From Bugula neritina (taxonomy: Eukaryota; Animalia; Bryozoa), in the NCBI GenBank assembly GCA_964035545.1, contig OZ037767.1:10798581-10862580 (forward strand): a stretch of DNA of 64,000 bases, written 5' to 3'. Position 1 is the first letter of the stretch. Each line of letters starts with the position of its first letter. Position numbers and translations under genes: made by a program. The notes beneath the pieces were generated by a model. It made no database searches. It was not told where the DNA came from and saw only the letters and a program-made list of their open reading frames with translations. Of this stretch, positions 1 through 13,500 are shown piece by piece.

Positions 1-46
1 TATATGTAATTTCGGAAACCTGTTAACCATAAAATATGTTTTGTAG

Positions 47-196
47 TTGGACAATACCAAGAGTTTTGACAGTGTCTTCCTTCCGGTGCCCTGTATCAGC
101 ACAATGTTAGCACCACCAGATAAAGTAAGCAGTAAAATTGGTCCCCATTCAACCAACTCTGATGTGATCAACAATATGGACTTTGATGAGAAATAA
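47..196 (+). CDS. Probable last coding exon of an unidentified gene that begins upstream of the window
   Basis: Acceptor ttttgtag|, then 49 open codons (LDNTKSFDSVFLPVPC...NMDFDEK*), then AATAAA at about 209. No homology recognised. Confidence 0.35.
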   Translation: MDNTKSFDSVFLPVPCISTMLAPPDKVSSKIGPHSTNSDVINNMDFDEK

Positions 197-962
197 CCAG
201 ATTAAAATAATAAAGTTACATTAAATGATTACATGTATTTTATGTAGTGCTATATAATTATTCAAGTTATATAAATGTACAAAGCTCTATTAAGTTGGAA
301 AGTTCTATATTGTACAAAGCTCTATAAGGATTCTATGAATTTAGAATTACTCATATTGTAGTGACAGTAATTATATTGTGTTAATAGTCTGATGAGTGCG
401 TTGTTATCTCAGCTACTAAATACTTATTAATGTATACACATAGTTATGTGCAAAAATGTCTCTAAATTTTATCAATTCTAAATCAACTTAGTTATCCTGG
501 GAGACTGTTGCATACAATATATTGTTTGTGCCAACAGATTTATCAAGTATTTTTTATATAAAATTCTGGTAATGACTGTATATTACATGCATTTGATTTT
601 ATTACTTCAATTATTTTTAAATGTAGAAGTTTGTCTATTTTTAAAGAAAAAAGGTTTGAACTAAAATAAAGAATTATTATGGTAACTGATGGCGTGGCTT
701 TATTTCCTTAATGAGAAGACAACTTGCAATTATTCATTAGATAAAAACATTAATATAGTTTAGCGTGACATACAGCACACAAGGTTATTGGGAGACGCTA
801 GCAACATATACACCATAATTACCGAATCTCAGTAACATATTTTTAAGTTATATAAAAGTCACACTAACTATTTATTGTTAATGAAATGTCAGGTCAATGA
901 AAATTTTGTCACTCAGTACAGTATAGTTTTCAAAGCTTCTAAACACTGAAGTTAGTCACTTA

Positions 963-3900
963 TCAAACTGCCTTTAAAACATTTTCAAGAAACAATGGAT
1001 TGTTGTCACTAAGAAAGATCAACTCTTTCCTTGCCTCCTTCGATGTGCGGTAATGTTGGTTTTGTATCCACTTCCGCTCTATGAGATAGTCCAGAGTGTT
1101 GTTCATCTCTTGGTGGTTGTAGTTCTCTACGTGAATAGGAATAAAGGGATTGGCCATATTGAAACCCTCCTGTAAACAAATGTAAAGTATACCTAGAAAT
1201 ATCAACTTGGATTACAAATTTAAAACATACGTACATTACAAACATAAATTTTATAATCTGAAGATGACCTCAAGATTGAAATTCAAAATTAAGAGGTTTT
1301 AATCACAATTTTAATATATTATGCTTCTGATAAATGCATTGCAACTCCCTGTGCACAGTCACAGTTATAGTTGAACTAGCCCAGAAACGCCAGATTCTTT
1401 TGCTGAAGGATATGCTTATAAGCATAATGCGAAATGAGCTACACTAACTCAATGATAGTCTAATTTTCTTCTTACAGTGCAAAAGGCTTTGGTTTGCCCA
1501 ACAAATGTGTTGCAGGATGGCATCAGTGCCAAGTTACTTTTAAGAAGTTATCCACTCTTGTGTCTATAAGATGTCTTTAAATAACTAAAACATTCATTAA
1601 CTTCTACTTATGAACCTTATCAATTCCTTTTAAACAACGCAAATGTGAAAAGCAGAAAACAAAAGAAATCTTTATGGCACTCCAATACATCCCAAATTTA
1701 AAATGTCTTCTCTTGTTATACAAGTGCTACTTTCCATTGTCTAAGATAGACTTGGCTTTAAAACACAGAATCTCAATCTGTTTATATCAAAAGGCTGCAT
1801 AACTTTACCTCGCCAAGCAAATATCTGGGTTGGCACGAAGCTCGTTTGTCTAGTGGATTTGCTCGCTCATCTGCCACCAACAGCATACCTCCATTGTGCC
1901 AAGGTTGGGATATCAACTTCAGCAGGTTGTGAACCAAGGAGATTTGGGAAGCAGGCAAGCTAATACGTTTTACACCTGAATACAAAACCAACAGTTACAG
2001 CAGTACATACCTGACCAGTTGTAACAATGAGGTGCTCTAAAAGAAGGTAGTGTTGGACAATAGAAGGAGTCATTATCCTTATGGATACAATATAAATATT
2101 GAGAATACACAATGTAAAATATATTTTTTACATTTAAATTCTACTCTTGAGCATTAACAAGTAAATTTGAGGCAACAATTTAGTATTCATTTTGATAAAT
2201 GTTTAGATATGCTTCACGTAATTTTATTAGCAACAATTTTTTCATTTCAATTGAATATGTTGAGACTATAACAGGTGTGGGAATGGTCTTGATGGATCTA
2301 TTAGTAATTGGTAAACAAATTTAAGATACATTGAAGCTAATCATAATGTATTTATGTTCAAGTGAAAGTTGACACGGCTATTTTAATTGACCCGTCATTT
2401 CCTCTACTGGTCCAGCAACTGCTAGTCATCAAAATCACTTGTTCCACGATAAACTGATGTTCAAATAAGAATACTCACGGTCTGTAAATATCTTAGTAGG
2501 TGCAAAGAAGCTGTTTACTCCATCTAAAGCTATAAACACAGGCATTGGCCAATTCTTGCCATTCAGACGAACTTCCTACAAAGTACATGTGGAAGCACAC
2601 AATATAAACTACAGTACATTGTAGGACACAAACAAAAACAAAATAAGACTGGAACAGTATATATCTGATACTACCTTGAGAAAGGCGCCAGCTACATCAC
2701 ATGAATATTTTGGTCTCTCAATACCAAAGTCTATGAGCTCTTCTATAGTACTTCCAGCACTAGTTGCTTCTTTTTTACTCCAAGTATACGCCTCAACAGT
2801 TCTCAGACTGTCACCGAACTTCTGAAAGACCTGGTTGTTCATCTGCTTTATTGACATCAAAAAGTCTACTCCTTCTTTAGGAATATCAATTCTCCCACTC
2901 TAAATTATAAGCATAGCCTTTGTAGTCTGTAGAAGCTGTAGTTTCAGACAGATGTGTTCCTTACATTAGTAACGCAATTATGTAAACTGAAATCAGTGAA
3001 AATTCCCACAAAGCTACATAGATTAAGACACAGGATATTAGACAGCACACTAAACAACACACCAACTTCAAACTTTTACAAAACCAACTTTTAATATAAA
3101 AACATACTTTACGGGATGAGATGGTCACTTCGCTGAAATAGTTATTCCACAAGTAATGCCGTACAGGACAAATAACCATCCAGTTCATCTGATAACAGGT
3201 ATGCAATACATTAACAAGAGTTGATGACTTCCCACATCCATCATCACCATATAAGACTATTTTAGTAGCAATTGATTCAGGGTTGCAACTAGCTTTTAAA
3301 ATGTCGATACATTCCAAGCCAGGGCTTCTTAGCATTATCGAATTTTCATGCAGAGCCTTCATCCTTGCAACAAATTCCTGTCGCAAAATCAAAGAAATTT
3401 GAAGCAGCTGTGCTATATTCTCATCAATGTTGAAAAATTTAAACAGATGGTGAGCCGTGTGTTTCAATGGATCGTTTTCAGATATTTTCACTGAAGAATT
3501 TTTAGGAAAATTAAAATCAGAATTCAGTAGATGAGTAGCATTATTAATAGTCGCTGTAGTTTCAATATTAACGGTATCGGTAGCACCACCAGTATGAGAC
3601 TGAGTGCGGTTATCTAACAAGTTAATGTTTGTAGTCGTACCATAATTACGTCTACTACAGCCAATAGATCTAGTACTCGCAGGCCTAGAAGCAGCAATTA
3701 GAGAACTACTACTGCCTATGTTTGTAAAAGAAGGTGCTGGTTGCAGACCTAGTTGTTCGGCATCTGCTCCAGCCTTTACTTTTAGTTTTACGTCACTTTG
3801 AGTTTGATTATTCAAGTTGAATTTGAACTGCGCGTTACTAGCAATATTTTGATTACTAGGCTGACTAGACTCCTGACAAGACTCAAAGTTTTCGCTTATT

Positions 3901-4028
3901 GGCGAACTGTCTGGCAACCCCAATGCATCAGAAAGCGTTTTAGTAGAAAATCTGGTCTTCAGATTTAGCAGGTTCTGGCGGTAGAATGTGTTGAGAAAGT
4001 TATACTTTCTCCAACACCTAGCAGCCAT
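963..4028 (-). CDS. DAP3: Mitochondrial small-subunit ribosomal protein mS29 / death-associated protein 3, about 538 aa
   Basis: Exons 4028-3108, 2899-2675, 2575-2479, 1975-1809 and 1169-963; all GT-AG, total 1617 nt in frame. DAP3 motifs: ENDPxKH, P-loop LYGDDGCGKS, YTWSKKE, ALDGVN, EGFNMANPFIPI and KELIFLS. Confidence 0.93.
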
Positions 4029-5749
4029 GCTTGTTAAACCGTAGACTAGGTTTCGAAAGCCTTCAACTTTAGTACGAGACGTAAGAATTTGTACTAAGAT
4101 GTTCGCGAAGTTTTCCAACGTTGAACTAACGTAATATTATTTTAGTTAGTCTGTTATAGAGTTATCTCCTTCAAGACCCTTATAATGATATTATCTTTGG
4201 TGTGTCACGAACTACAAGTGGGAAAACTCCGTAACTACAAAAGTCACCATTATGTCTTAAATAAGTAAGTGGTTTTAGATATTAAAATAACTACTGAGAT
4301 TCAACAGGTATCAAATTACTTTAGCTTTATACCATCACTAGAAAACAAATATCATTAAGAAATATCACTTACAAAAACTTTTTTTTCATATCAAATCTGT
4401 TGATGAAGACACTATAGCACAAAACATGATGAAAAAAATGTTGCCCATATATGCATAATTGTTTGATAATGCAAAAAAGATGACTAAGTTATTATACCCT
4501 ATATACTTCACATTAAGCGTGATGATACTAGCAAAGGGCAACAACTAACAGCACTAATGAAGTGTTTCAGTTATTTGTTTTTGTTATTGGATATATTATT
4601 AGGGTCAATTAAAACTGTGCAAAATATAGTTATAATATACCTGCAGCATAACATGTATCGTAACATAAATTCTAGCTTTGAACCTTACATGCATGATACA
4701 ATCTGTGTTTATGCAATGCGCGTATGTGTGTGCGTGCGTGTGTGTGCTCGGGCAGGCGCCAGATGTATAGATCACAGATACAGTTCTTGATCTTGACCGG
4801 TTAAGACCTCTTGGAGAGAGTAATTGTGGGACCCTCGTATCTACCTAGGCTCAGAAATTCGCCACTATCTCCTCCGTAGGGAGCTCCTGGGCAGTGCGCA
4901 ACAGAAAACCCTGCAGATACAGGCTGGAATCGCAGGCTATAGCATTGAAGGTGTTAATACGGTATTCATGTTATGGTTGGAGGATTTCATAGATTGAAGG
5001 GTGTTGTTTAGGGTTGGAATTAAATCCTCATTAGATATTGTAGCTAATAAATATGGTGAATTGTTGTGTTTCAGTAAGTTGTACGAAAGAGTAAAGAGTT
5101 AAAGTGAAAGTATTATATGCTTCGAACTGAAAGGAAATAAATTAGACAATATAGGTATTCTAAAGGGTCAGAGGGCATATACCACACTGTTTATTCTAGT
5201 TCAGTGGTCTTCACAGTGTAAGATCTTCACAAGTTCCCTAGAATCACAAATATCTAGCCATTCTCATCTGCCCTTAGTTTACAGCTATCGCAAAACTTTT
5301 CATCTGTACCAAAAGTTAATATTATGTCATGACTCCAATCATAGTAATCCCTAACCTTGTGCTGCATCTAGCGATCCGCAGGTCCACAAGCTTATGATAT
5401 CTGCGATAACAGATCGAGGGACCGTGCTAGTGAAGCACGTGTTTGCTATAATATGGTACAATAGGCTATACTCTAACTTATTCAGTTATCGTATATGAAT
5501 AGTACGGTTTGTAAATTGTTCATTATAGATGTTTCATCATCACTCATTGTGATCACTTTTTACGGTCAAAATTGTGCTTATAATTAAACTTTTGCAACCA
5601 AAACCTGGTGATGAGCATACACTGCAGTTACACTTGCAGACTCATGACAGTAGGCGTGGCATTTGCAATGACAATGGGCGTGGCTTAATTTTGGGTCTAA
5701 AAAATTACTATTAGATTAGTGCTTTCGTAATAAAGTTTGTTATTGTGGT

Positions 5750-6201
5750 CTACCACTGTTGCTGCTAGTGCTACTATCAGTACTACGTCTGCTGCTATTA
5801 GTATACTAAACTACTGTTCTGTACATGTTGCGTGAACTACTGACACTGTTAGTGTTAGTATAACTTATACTGATACTCATACTTAGACTGTATAACTAAA
5901 TCTAGTGCACTATTGCTATTACTATTAGTATTAGTCTAATACTGAGTAATAGTAGTAACTAGTAATACTAATAGTTTTACTATTTTAATTTAGTAAATAT
6001 ACTTATATACTTATAGTACCACTACTAGTACTGTACTAGTAAGTAGTAACACTAATAGTAATAGTAATAGTATTACAATTAGTGTTACTACTTACTAGTA
6101 AAGTACTAACAGTAGTACTATTAGTATTAGTACTACTAGCAGTAGCACTACTACTGCTGCTACCTTTTAGTTTTAGTATTAGTACAGGTACTAGTAGGGG
6201 A
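5750..6201. repeat. Degenerate (TAG/ACT)n low-complexity tract
   Basis: Runs of agt/act/tagta seen directly; a similar tract resumes at about 7000-7100. Confidence 0.8.
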
Positions 6202-6982
6202 TTTAATCAGTCTGATAATATAGAAACTCTAGTCAACAGGTTTGCTGCGAGAATTTTTAGTCTTCAAATCAATATCAAGAAAACAGAATGCCTCTAAGTC
6301 TATCAGCCTCCAAAGTTTCAAAGTGGATCTTCTCAGCCAAACACCAGTGACTATCAAGGGAGAACCTTTGAAAAAGTGTAAAACCTTTTAAGTTCCTTGG
6401 AAGCACAGTAGGCGTAGCTGTCAATGCCAAACTAGATAATGAAATGTATTGTGAGAATAGGATTTGCTAGTGCAGTTTATGAAAAATTGAGGACCAGGCT
6501 TGGACTAATCGTCATGTTCCAATCAAAGTCAGGTTTATCGTGTTTCAGACTTCTTGCCTAATTGTATGGTGCTGAGAGTGGAACATATACAGTGTGCAAG
6601 TTCACAGACTGCAAGCATATGTCTACGCTTAATCATAGGTATCTTTTGGAAGGGTAAGATTACTAACCAAGAAATACTAAAGAGAGCTAGTTTACCACCT
6701 TTGAAATCTATCATCATTCAGCTAGAAACCTCTTGAGAGGATGGGCCATAGATGTTTACCTAGGCAACTTCAATCGCAGCTGAAAGAAGGTATGCATAAC
6801 CAAGGAAGGCTCAGAGTGATATTTTAAGACACTGTGAAGCGAAATCTGAAAATGATAGATATGGACAGAGATAGCTGACAAAGGAAGACTAAATTTAGAG
6901 ACGGATGGAGATGTTTGATTGAACAAAATTGAAAACAGTCTTTGTCCTACGGACAGACTGTTATGATGGTGATGATGATGAG
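6202..6982 (+). mobile_element. Decayed, 5'-truncated RTE-clade LINE (C-terminal part of the reverse transcriptase)
   Basis: Broken frames read FSLQINIKKTE, KFLGST, LYGAES and LRLIIGIFWKGKITNQEILKRASLP. (TGA)n tail at about 6965-6980. Possible degenerate TSD: tagtagggga (6192-6201) and tagtaaggga (6983-6992). Confidence 0.8.
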
Positions 6983-7526
6983 TAGTAAGGGAACTGGAGT
7001 GACTACTGACTAACACTACTAGTAATAGTAGTATTAGTAGTACTAGTAGTAGTATCACTATTGGTAGTACTAGTAGTAGTAGCTATTATTAGTAGGAGTA
7101 GGAGATAATTATGTTATTTTCTCTCATGCAACCTTCCACTCTTGATACAGGAACAGAATTTTGCTTTACTTTCAAAGAAAATTTATTCAGCAAACATAAT
7201 TTAGCAGCATGACCATAATGTTCAAGGCCTGGATTACTGTGAAGGTGGTAGGTAATAAACAAAGGAAAGTAATTAGATTACATAACTGTTTTCTGAGACC
7301 CTACTGAAACAGAATAAGAAAATAGAGTTTGATGGAGGTTTTAATTGAGGCAGCATTTTTTTAAATGGCAATTTCTATAAGTTGCAATGTATAAAGTTCA
7401 TCAAAGTCATAAATAAAAGCATTTTGTTAAAGAAATATTCAGTTATGTTCCTTAACTGAAAATGTTTTTATAGCTAAAGGCAAAGTTGTAAAGTGACATA
7501 GTTAAACGGGCTTATCACAAGAAAAA

Positions 7527-10500
7527 ATGGCGTCAAATTACTACAGCTATCAAGCTCCCCCTTTAAAACATCATCAAATGTCTCTTGAGCGAATAGACAA
7601 GTTCATATCAGAAATCTACTTCACTGATGTTAATTTACAGTCTAGGTAAGTTCTAAGCAAAACAAGATTAGTTTTCAGCCTTGTGTTTGTGAAGCACAAT
7701 TTAATTAAAATGGTGTGTAAAGTTAGCAGTGTTCACTTTGATTGTTTATTAGAGTAATGCTATAAATTAGTAATTAAAATTCTTTCACACAAATTGATGT
7801 TATAGCAATTAGTATTAAAGCAATATTGAGTGACTAGTGGATAGCATAATACCTAATGCTTTCATTGATCTATTGTAAACACTCCAATCATCACAACATA
7901 TTATATTATGGCTTGTGTGTACGGATAGAGTTAATCAGTATTCTATTGGCACTGTTTTATATGCGTTGTATAATCATGTAAATGCATGATGGTCAACACT
8001 AATTTGAGCAATTTTTGTTTTCCAATTCAAGCTTATCTGGTGAATACAGTTGGTCCTTATTTTGTTGTGTAGCTTTTAAAATATGGGATGTGAGTACGAA
8101 ATTATATTTCTGTTTTTTTTACACGCAGACAAAATAATGTAAGGTAGCCTAACTTTGAAATGTATATGTTAAGTTTAATTTCTTATAAGATAGTTGTTGT
8201 GTCCATCAGACATACAAGCTAGCAGGAAAAGCAGTACTTGATTATTTTATTATTTAAAAATCATTTTCATTGTTGCAGACTTCTTTCTAAGCACGTGGCA
8301 CCAACAAGCTTATCCCATTTTAAAGCAGATGGGAGATTTGACTTCAAGTTGGCTCAGCGTGCCGAGTATGAACCAGTGGAAGTTGGTTACAACTTTGGTC
8401 CGATGTAAGTATGTTGTTGCTTACTAATCATTCATAAGGAATTTTTTGCTACTTTTGTATGCAATAAGCACTACAAAATGTTCTAGAACAGGGCTGTCTA
8501 ACAGGTGGCTCCAGGGCAAAATGCAAGCCCCCCCTGGGGGCTTGCATCTTGGCTCTGTGGCTCTCAAAGGCATAGCAAATAAAATTATTTTGCATACATA
8601 TATGAATTAGAGTAAAGAACCACCTTTTAAATGTCTTATTAATATACATGCCACAAGATACATAGCTTGCAGTAACCATTGAGATTTCATTGCGTAATGA
8701 TTCAAAAGAATTTGGAATGAAGTAAATTAAAAAATACTGATGCCGCGGCCCCCAGCTCAAACTAAATTTCACAAAGTGGCCCTTGTTGCTGGAATATTCC
8801 ATTTTATACATCGTATGTATTTTATTTGTTTTTTCTTCAAGTTCAATTATTGATCAAAAGTCTACATTGTTGTGTAGTTTAGTTTCTAGTGAATGTAGTT
8901 GGTTGGGAGGCATTGTGGGCTTTCATAAAAGGTTTGCCCTTGACTGTAGGTTTTCTACTACCTGATGCTATTTCAGTTGGTCTTCCCACTGGTTTAAAGT
9001 GAACTTTCAAGTACCAAAGGACTTTGTCTCTGGTCTGTCTGAGGATGAAGAGGTCCTGTTTTATTGGGACACCTGCACAGAGGCTACAATATGGGATGAA
9101 AACACGTGTGCTCCGATTGGTGCATTCAGCTGTGCTGAGCCACATGGAAATGTTAGAGACTATATTCCAGTAACTAATCAGCTGAAATCTTCTACAAGGT
9201 TGGTGCGTTCAAATATCCTGGGGGTTTGATGGGTTAGACATCCTTCTTTAGGCTAACATCTGATGGATGGTACTTTATTTTATTTTGTTGTCCAGCGAGA
9301 GAATATTTTACTTTCTTTCAAGTAGATTCTGTTTTCTCCGTCCAACAGATTGAATGTTATTTTTGAACTGCATTTTCTGTTGTACTTTTCCAATTTTTAA
9401 GTTTTTTAAAATCCTTTTTTCTACCATTTCCACTAAATCTTTATTGTAGTTTGAGTTTTCTAATAGAGGTGGCATGTAACAAAGTTCTAGGTGAAGGAAA
9501 GGGGTCTTTCATTGGCCCCCCTGATGACAGTGTCTCCTACACTATTAGAAAGTGCAGGCTATCTGTTAGAAATAGTAAAGTTAAGGCACTGATACGAGAC
9601 TTACAGCTGCTGCATGACATAGCTAAGGTAAAGTTACTTTTTCTGTTTCCTATGGTATATATTTGATAGTCACAAGCACTGTTCATCCTTTTTCTATGAT
9701 AACTTTTATTGTTAGTATGTGTAGCTGGCAAGTGGAAAGCTTATTTTTTTACAACTTTGCATTTCAATATGAGTATCAACAATAGTTCAGTTTTGTGTAT
9801 GTTTAGCAGAGCACTTCAAGATAAGTAATTTAACTGAAGAAGTTAGGTGCTTGGGAAATTTTCAACTTGCGCTATAAACCAAAGTTGATTAAAAGTCCGG
9901 GGGGGGGGGGGGGGGGGCTATTAAAACATCTACATCACTGCACCTGAATGCATTTTTGGCAAGCATTTTTCACAAATGCTTAGTGGTTTCATGACCTGTC
10001 AGACTTGAACCCATTTAAGGTATACGAAATCTAAAGTTGCCAAGCATTCCCATAATGCATCTTGCTAAATACAGCATAAGTAACTTTGGTACAAAGTGCT
10101 AATTATTATAGGAGGTTTGCGTTGAAAAAACTGTGTTATTCAATCAAGTGTCCACCTTTCTGAATGGAACTTTTTCAGCTTCTTTCAATTATTCCCGTCA
10201 TGAAGAAGTATGAAGTATGATTAGGTTTTATATCAATTACTGTTAGTTTAGTCCACAACTATTTTCTGACAGCTTTACATGTGGTCACCAACTGCTGTCA
10301 CTTGCAATGTGATGTCACTTGTAGTGTTGTATATTGGTAGGAGTTAAAGGATGAGGAAAGAGGCTTCACTTCTCTTTATGTTGCCAACGAAATCATCAAC
10401 TTATTACAACTGGAAGATGCCGATGCTTGCAATAAGTGAGTTGTAGTGATTATGACTAACTAATATTTGTGACTTATTAGCAGTTATGACTTATGACTGA

Positions 10501-13500
10501 CTGGTAATTATGACTGATTATTAGTTGTGATGATAAATAGTTGTGACTGGTTAGTAACTATAACGTAGTAATTATGATTAGTAGTTATGACTGACTAGTA
10601 ATTACAACTGATTAGTAGTCACCAAGAACCTAGTCTGAAAAAAATTATATATACGGTAGTGTAAATTTGATATTATTTTATTTAAAACCACCATATAGAT
10701 AATTATAAATCGCCATTCGTATCCTTGTTTCAAACATTATCTTTTTAAAACTACTACCTACTACAGTTACTGTTTAATTTGAAAATATATGTATGATAGT
10801 GTTTTTGTTAATTATCTACACGGTAGTATGCAAGTGAGATATGCTCAACTAGTAGAACTTTGTGACTGGCTGGCAGTTGGCACTGTATACTATTTGCTGT
10901 GTGTTTACAGAGCACTTGCGCTGTCTAGTCAGTTTTTTGCCGAAGGAAATGGAGCTGGACAGCATGTGATACATGCGGTGGGGCACTGCCATATGGACTG
11001 TGCGTGGCTGTGGCCGTACGATGAGACAAAGAGGAAGTGCTCTAGAAGCTGGTCCGCTACTCTCGAGTTGATGGACAGATATCCTGAATGGACGTTTGCC
11101 TGTTCTAGTGTAAGTATTTACTCGTATCACGTAACTGGCATACAGAAAAGCAAATATTAAAGAAACTTACTTATTTTGCTACATAACAAAATCTGTCCGA
11201 TAACACATAGTTTTGCCAAGTGCATGTATATGATGATGATGTATTTGAAAGATAGGAATGTGCTGTAGGCACAGCTTGTCTGCAAAAAGTTAAAGGTATA
11301 GCGCAACGTAAAAGCCTTTCATATCTCCTTGTAGTAGGTCCACACTGTTCTAGTAATACATGTTGTATTCTTTAGGCTCAGCAGTACAAGTGGGTGCAGA
11401 CTCTGTACCCTGGGCTGTTCCAGCGTATCAAGCAGAGTGTTGCCAATGGTAGATTCATTCCGGTGGGTGGATCCTGGGTTGAAATGGATGGTTATCTCCC
11501 TTCTGGTGAATCCATGTGCAGACAAATGCTCTTTGGTCAGAATTATTTCATGGAAAACTTTGGCATTCAGTGTACCGAGGTAACTGCATTTATTTGTGTT
11601 ATTGACAGTTTTACCCACATTCCAAGTTGAATTGATGTGGTGAATGACAACTCCCAACTGCAGTAATTGCATTCTGCAGAAGGAAAGTGCACATTTTTCT
11701 GTTTCAGTTCTATATCCAGAATAAAATCAATCATGTTTTGCATTCATTTTGTTATGGTCAGCTTTTTGACATTTTAAACAATAAAACATGGATAAAGTTT
11801 TAGGATTAAAATATTTCACTGCAAAAAATCTTTGAAATTTGACTGCAGATGTAACTTCTCGTCATCATTTCAACCTAAAATTATGAAATAATCAACACAA
11901 AGTGCCCACTTTTATTTTAATATACTAAGCTTTACAAATCAAAACGCATAAAATGCCATTGTATTATAACAATGCATGTATATCATTGCATTTCCCATCC
12001 TCCCCAAAGTGCGGGAATGCTGCTATTCTATCAATGAATCTCTAAAATAGTGATTTACAAAACTCATATAAGCTGCACAATTTTAATTTTTATAAAAATT
12101 TCAATATGGCTGCTGGCAAAGAAACTTGTAAATCATCACTGAAAAATAAGACAACTTCCATTATTTATTGGAGACATTCATTCCATGCTACTAGATTGAT
12201 CACAGCTATAGAGAAAATCACTGTAAATTGCCGAATAATATATTAATATGAATCTCAATGTTTTATTTGTAGCTGTATTTTGTAGAAGTTCATAAATGTG
12301 CGACTCAGATACTGGTTTTATTAGGCTGAATGGTTTTGTTGTTGTCATAGTAACGGCTTCATTTCTTTGGTAGTTCTGGCTGCCGGATACATTTGGTTAC
12401 TCTGCCCAGCTGCCTCAGATTATTCAACATTTTGGTATGAATAGATTCTTCACACAGAAGATCAGCTGGAACCTGTTCAACAAATTCCCTGTATGTATTC
12501 CGTATTGTAGCTCACACACCTATATTCCTTACTGTAGCTCACACCCCTATATTCCTTACTGTAGCTTACACACCTACCTTCCTTACTGTAGCTTACACAC
12601 CTATATTCCTTACTGTAGCTTACACCCCTATATTCCTTACTGTAGCTCACACCCCTATATTCCTTACTGTAGCTTACACACCTATTTTCCTTACTGTAGC
12701 TCACACACCTATTTTCCTGTACTACACAGTACATGTATGAAGTATAATTCATACATACATACATACATAATTCTTTTTTTTGGAGATAACAATTGTTGCT
12801 ATGAAATTTAGCAATAAGAAATGGTTTTGTTGCATGTGGTTAATTTTTATGGCTAGTGTATATTTTTTTCTAAAGTTTTTGTGACAGTAGAGGATAGAGT
12901 GAAGGCGATAGAACTGCTATTGGGGGAGGTGGTTTTCTAACGAGCTCTCAGTGAGGTTTTTTGAGGAGCTTGTCTCATAATTGTAATTGTATTGTTTTTC
13001 AATGTGTAGCATCACACCTTCTTCTGGAAAGGGTTGGATGGAAGTAAAGTGTTGTCTCACTTTGCTCCAGGAGATAGCTACCACATGGAGGCCAAGGTTG
13101 GGGAGGTCAGTTATCCAGCTTACACACCTACATACGTACCTTTTATGTGCATATGCTTATTTGCTATTGATTTAAATCTTATTTCTCCACCTAGGTATTG
13201 GTGTAGAGCTAAATGTTTTATATTTTGTATTATGTACTACTAAGTGTTCACTTACAACTAAATTTTTCTAGCTTTTGATGTGGCAATACTTAATTTACTG
13301 TTGAATAAATTCAAAAAAGTTTACATTGTCTTTAACATTTCACCGTATCTTCAGTAACAAGCCGTTCAATACTGGACCTAACACTCACCCTTACAATTTA
13401 CAGTTTGCTATTCAATGAAATGAAATAATGTGTCTATGCAAATGTAAATAACGAGTAGGCCAGGGATCACCCAATTTGCTGGTAAATCCAATGAGGTCAT

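Noticed and set aside
4029-4118. ORF-track extension of DAP3 to 4118 (likewise ELOVL6 to 21241)
   Set aside because: These rely on TTG starts from a prokaryote-style ORF caller; the first ATG gives a sensible eukaryotic N-terminus.
4690-5220. GC-richer island with a (TG)n stretch and AATAAA between DAP3 and MAN2C1, resembling a solo LTR
   Set aside because: I could not find convincing TG..CA inverted termini with a matching TSD, so it is left unannotated.
9899-9917. Poly-G run as a functional G-quadruplex
   Set aside because: A simple homopolymer of uncertain assembled length, with nothing else to support function.
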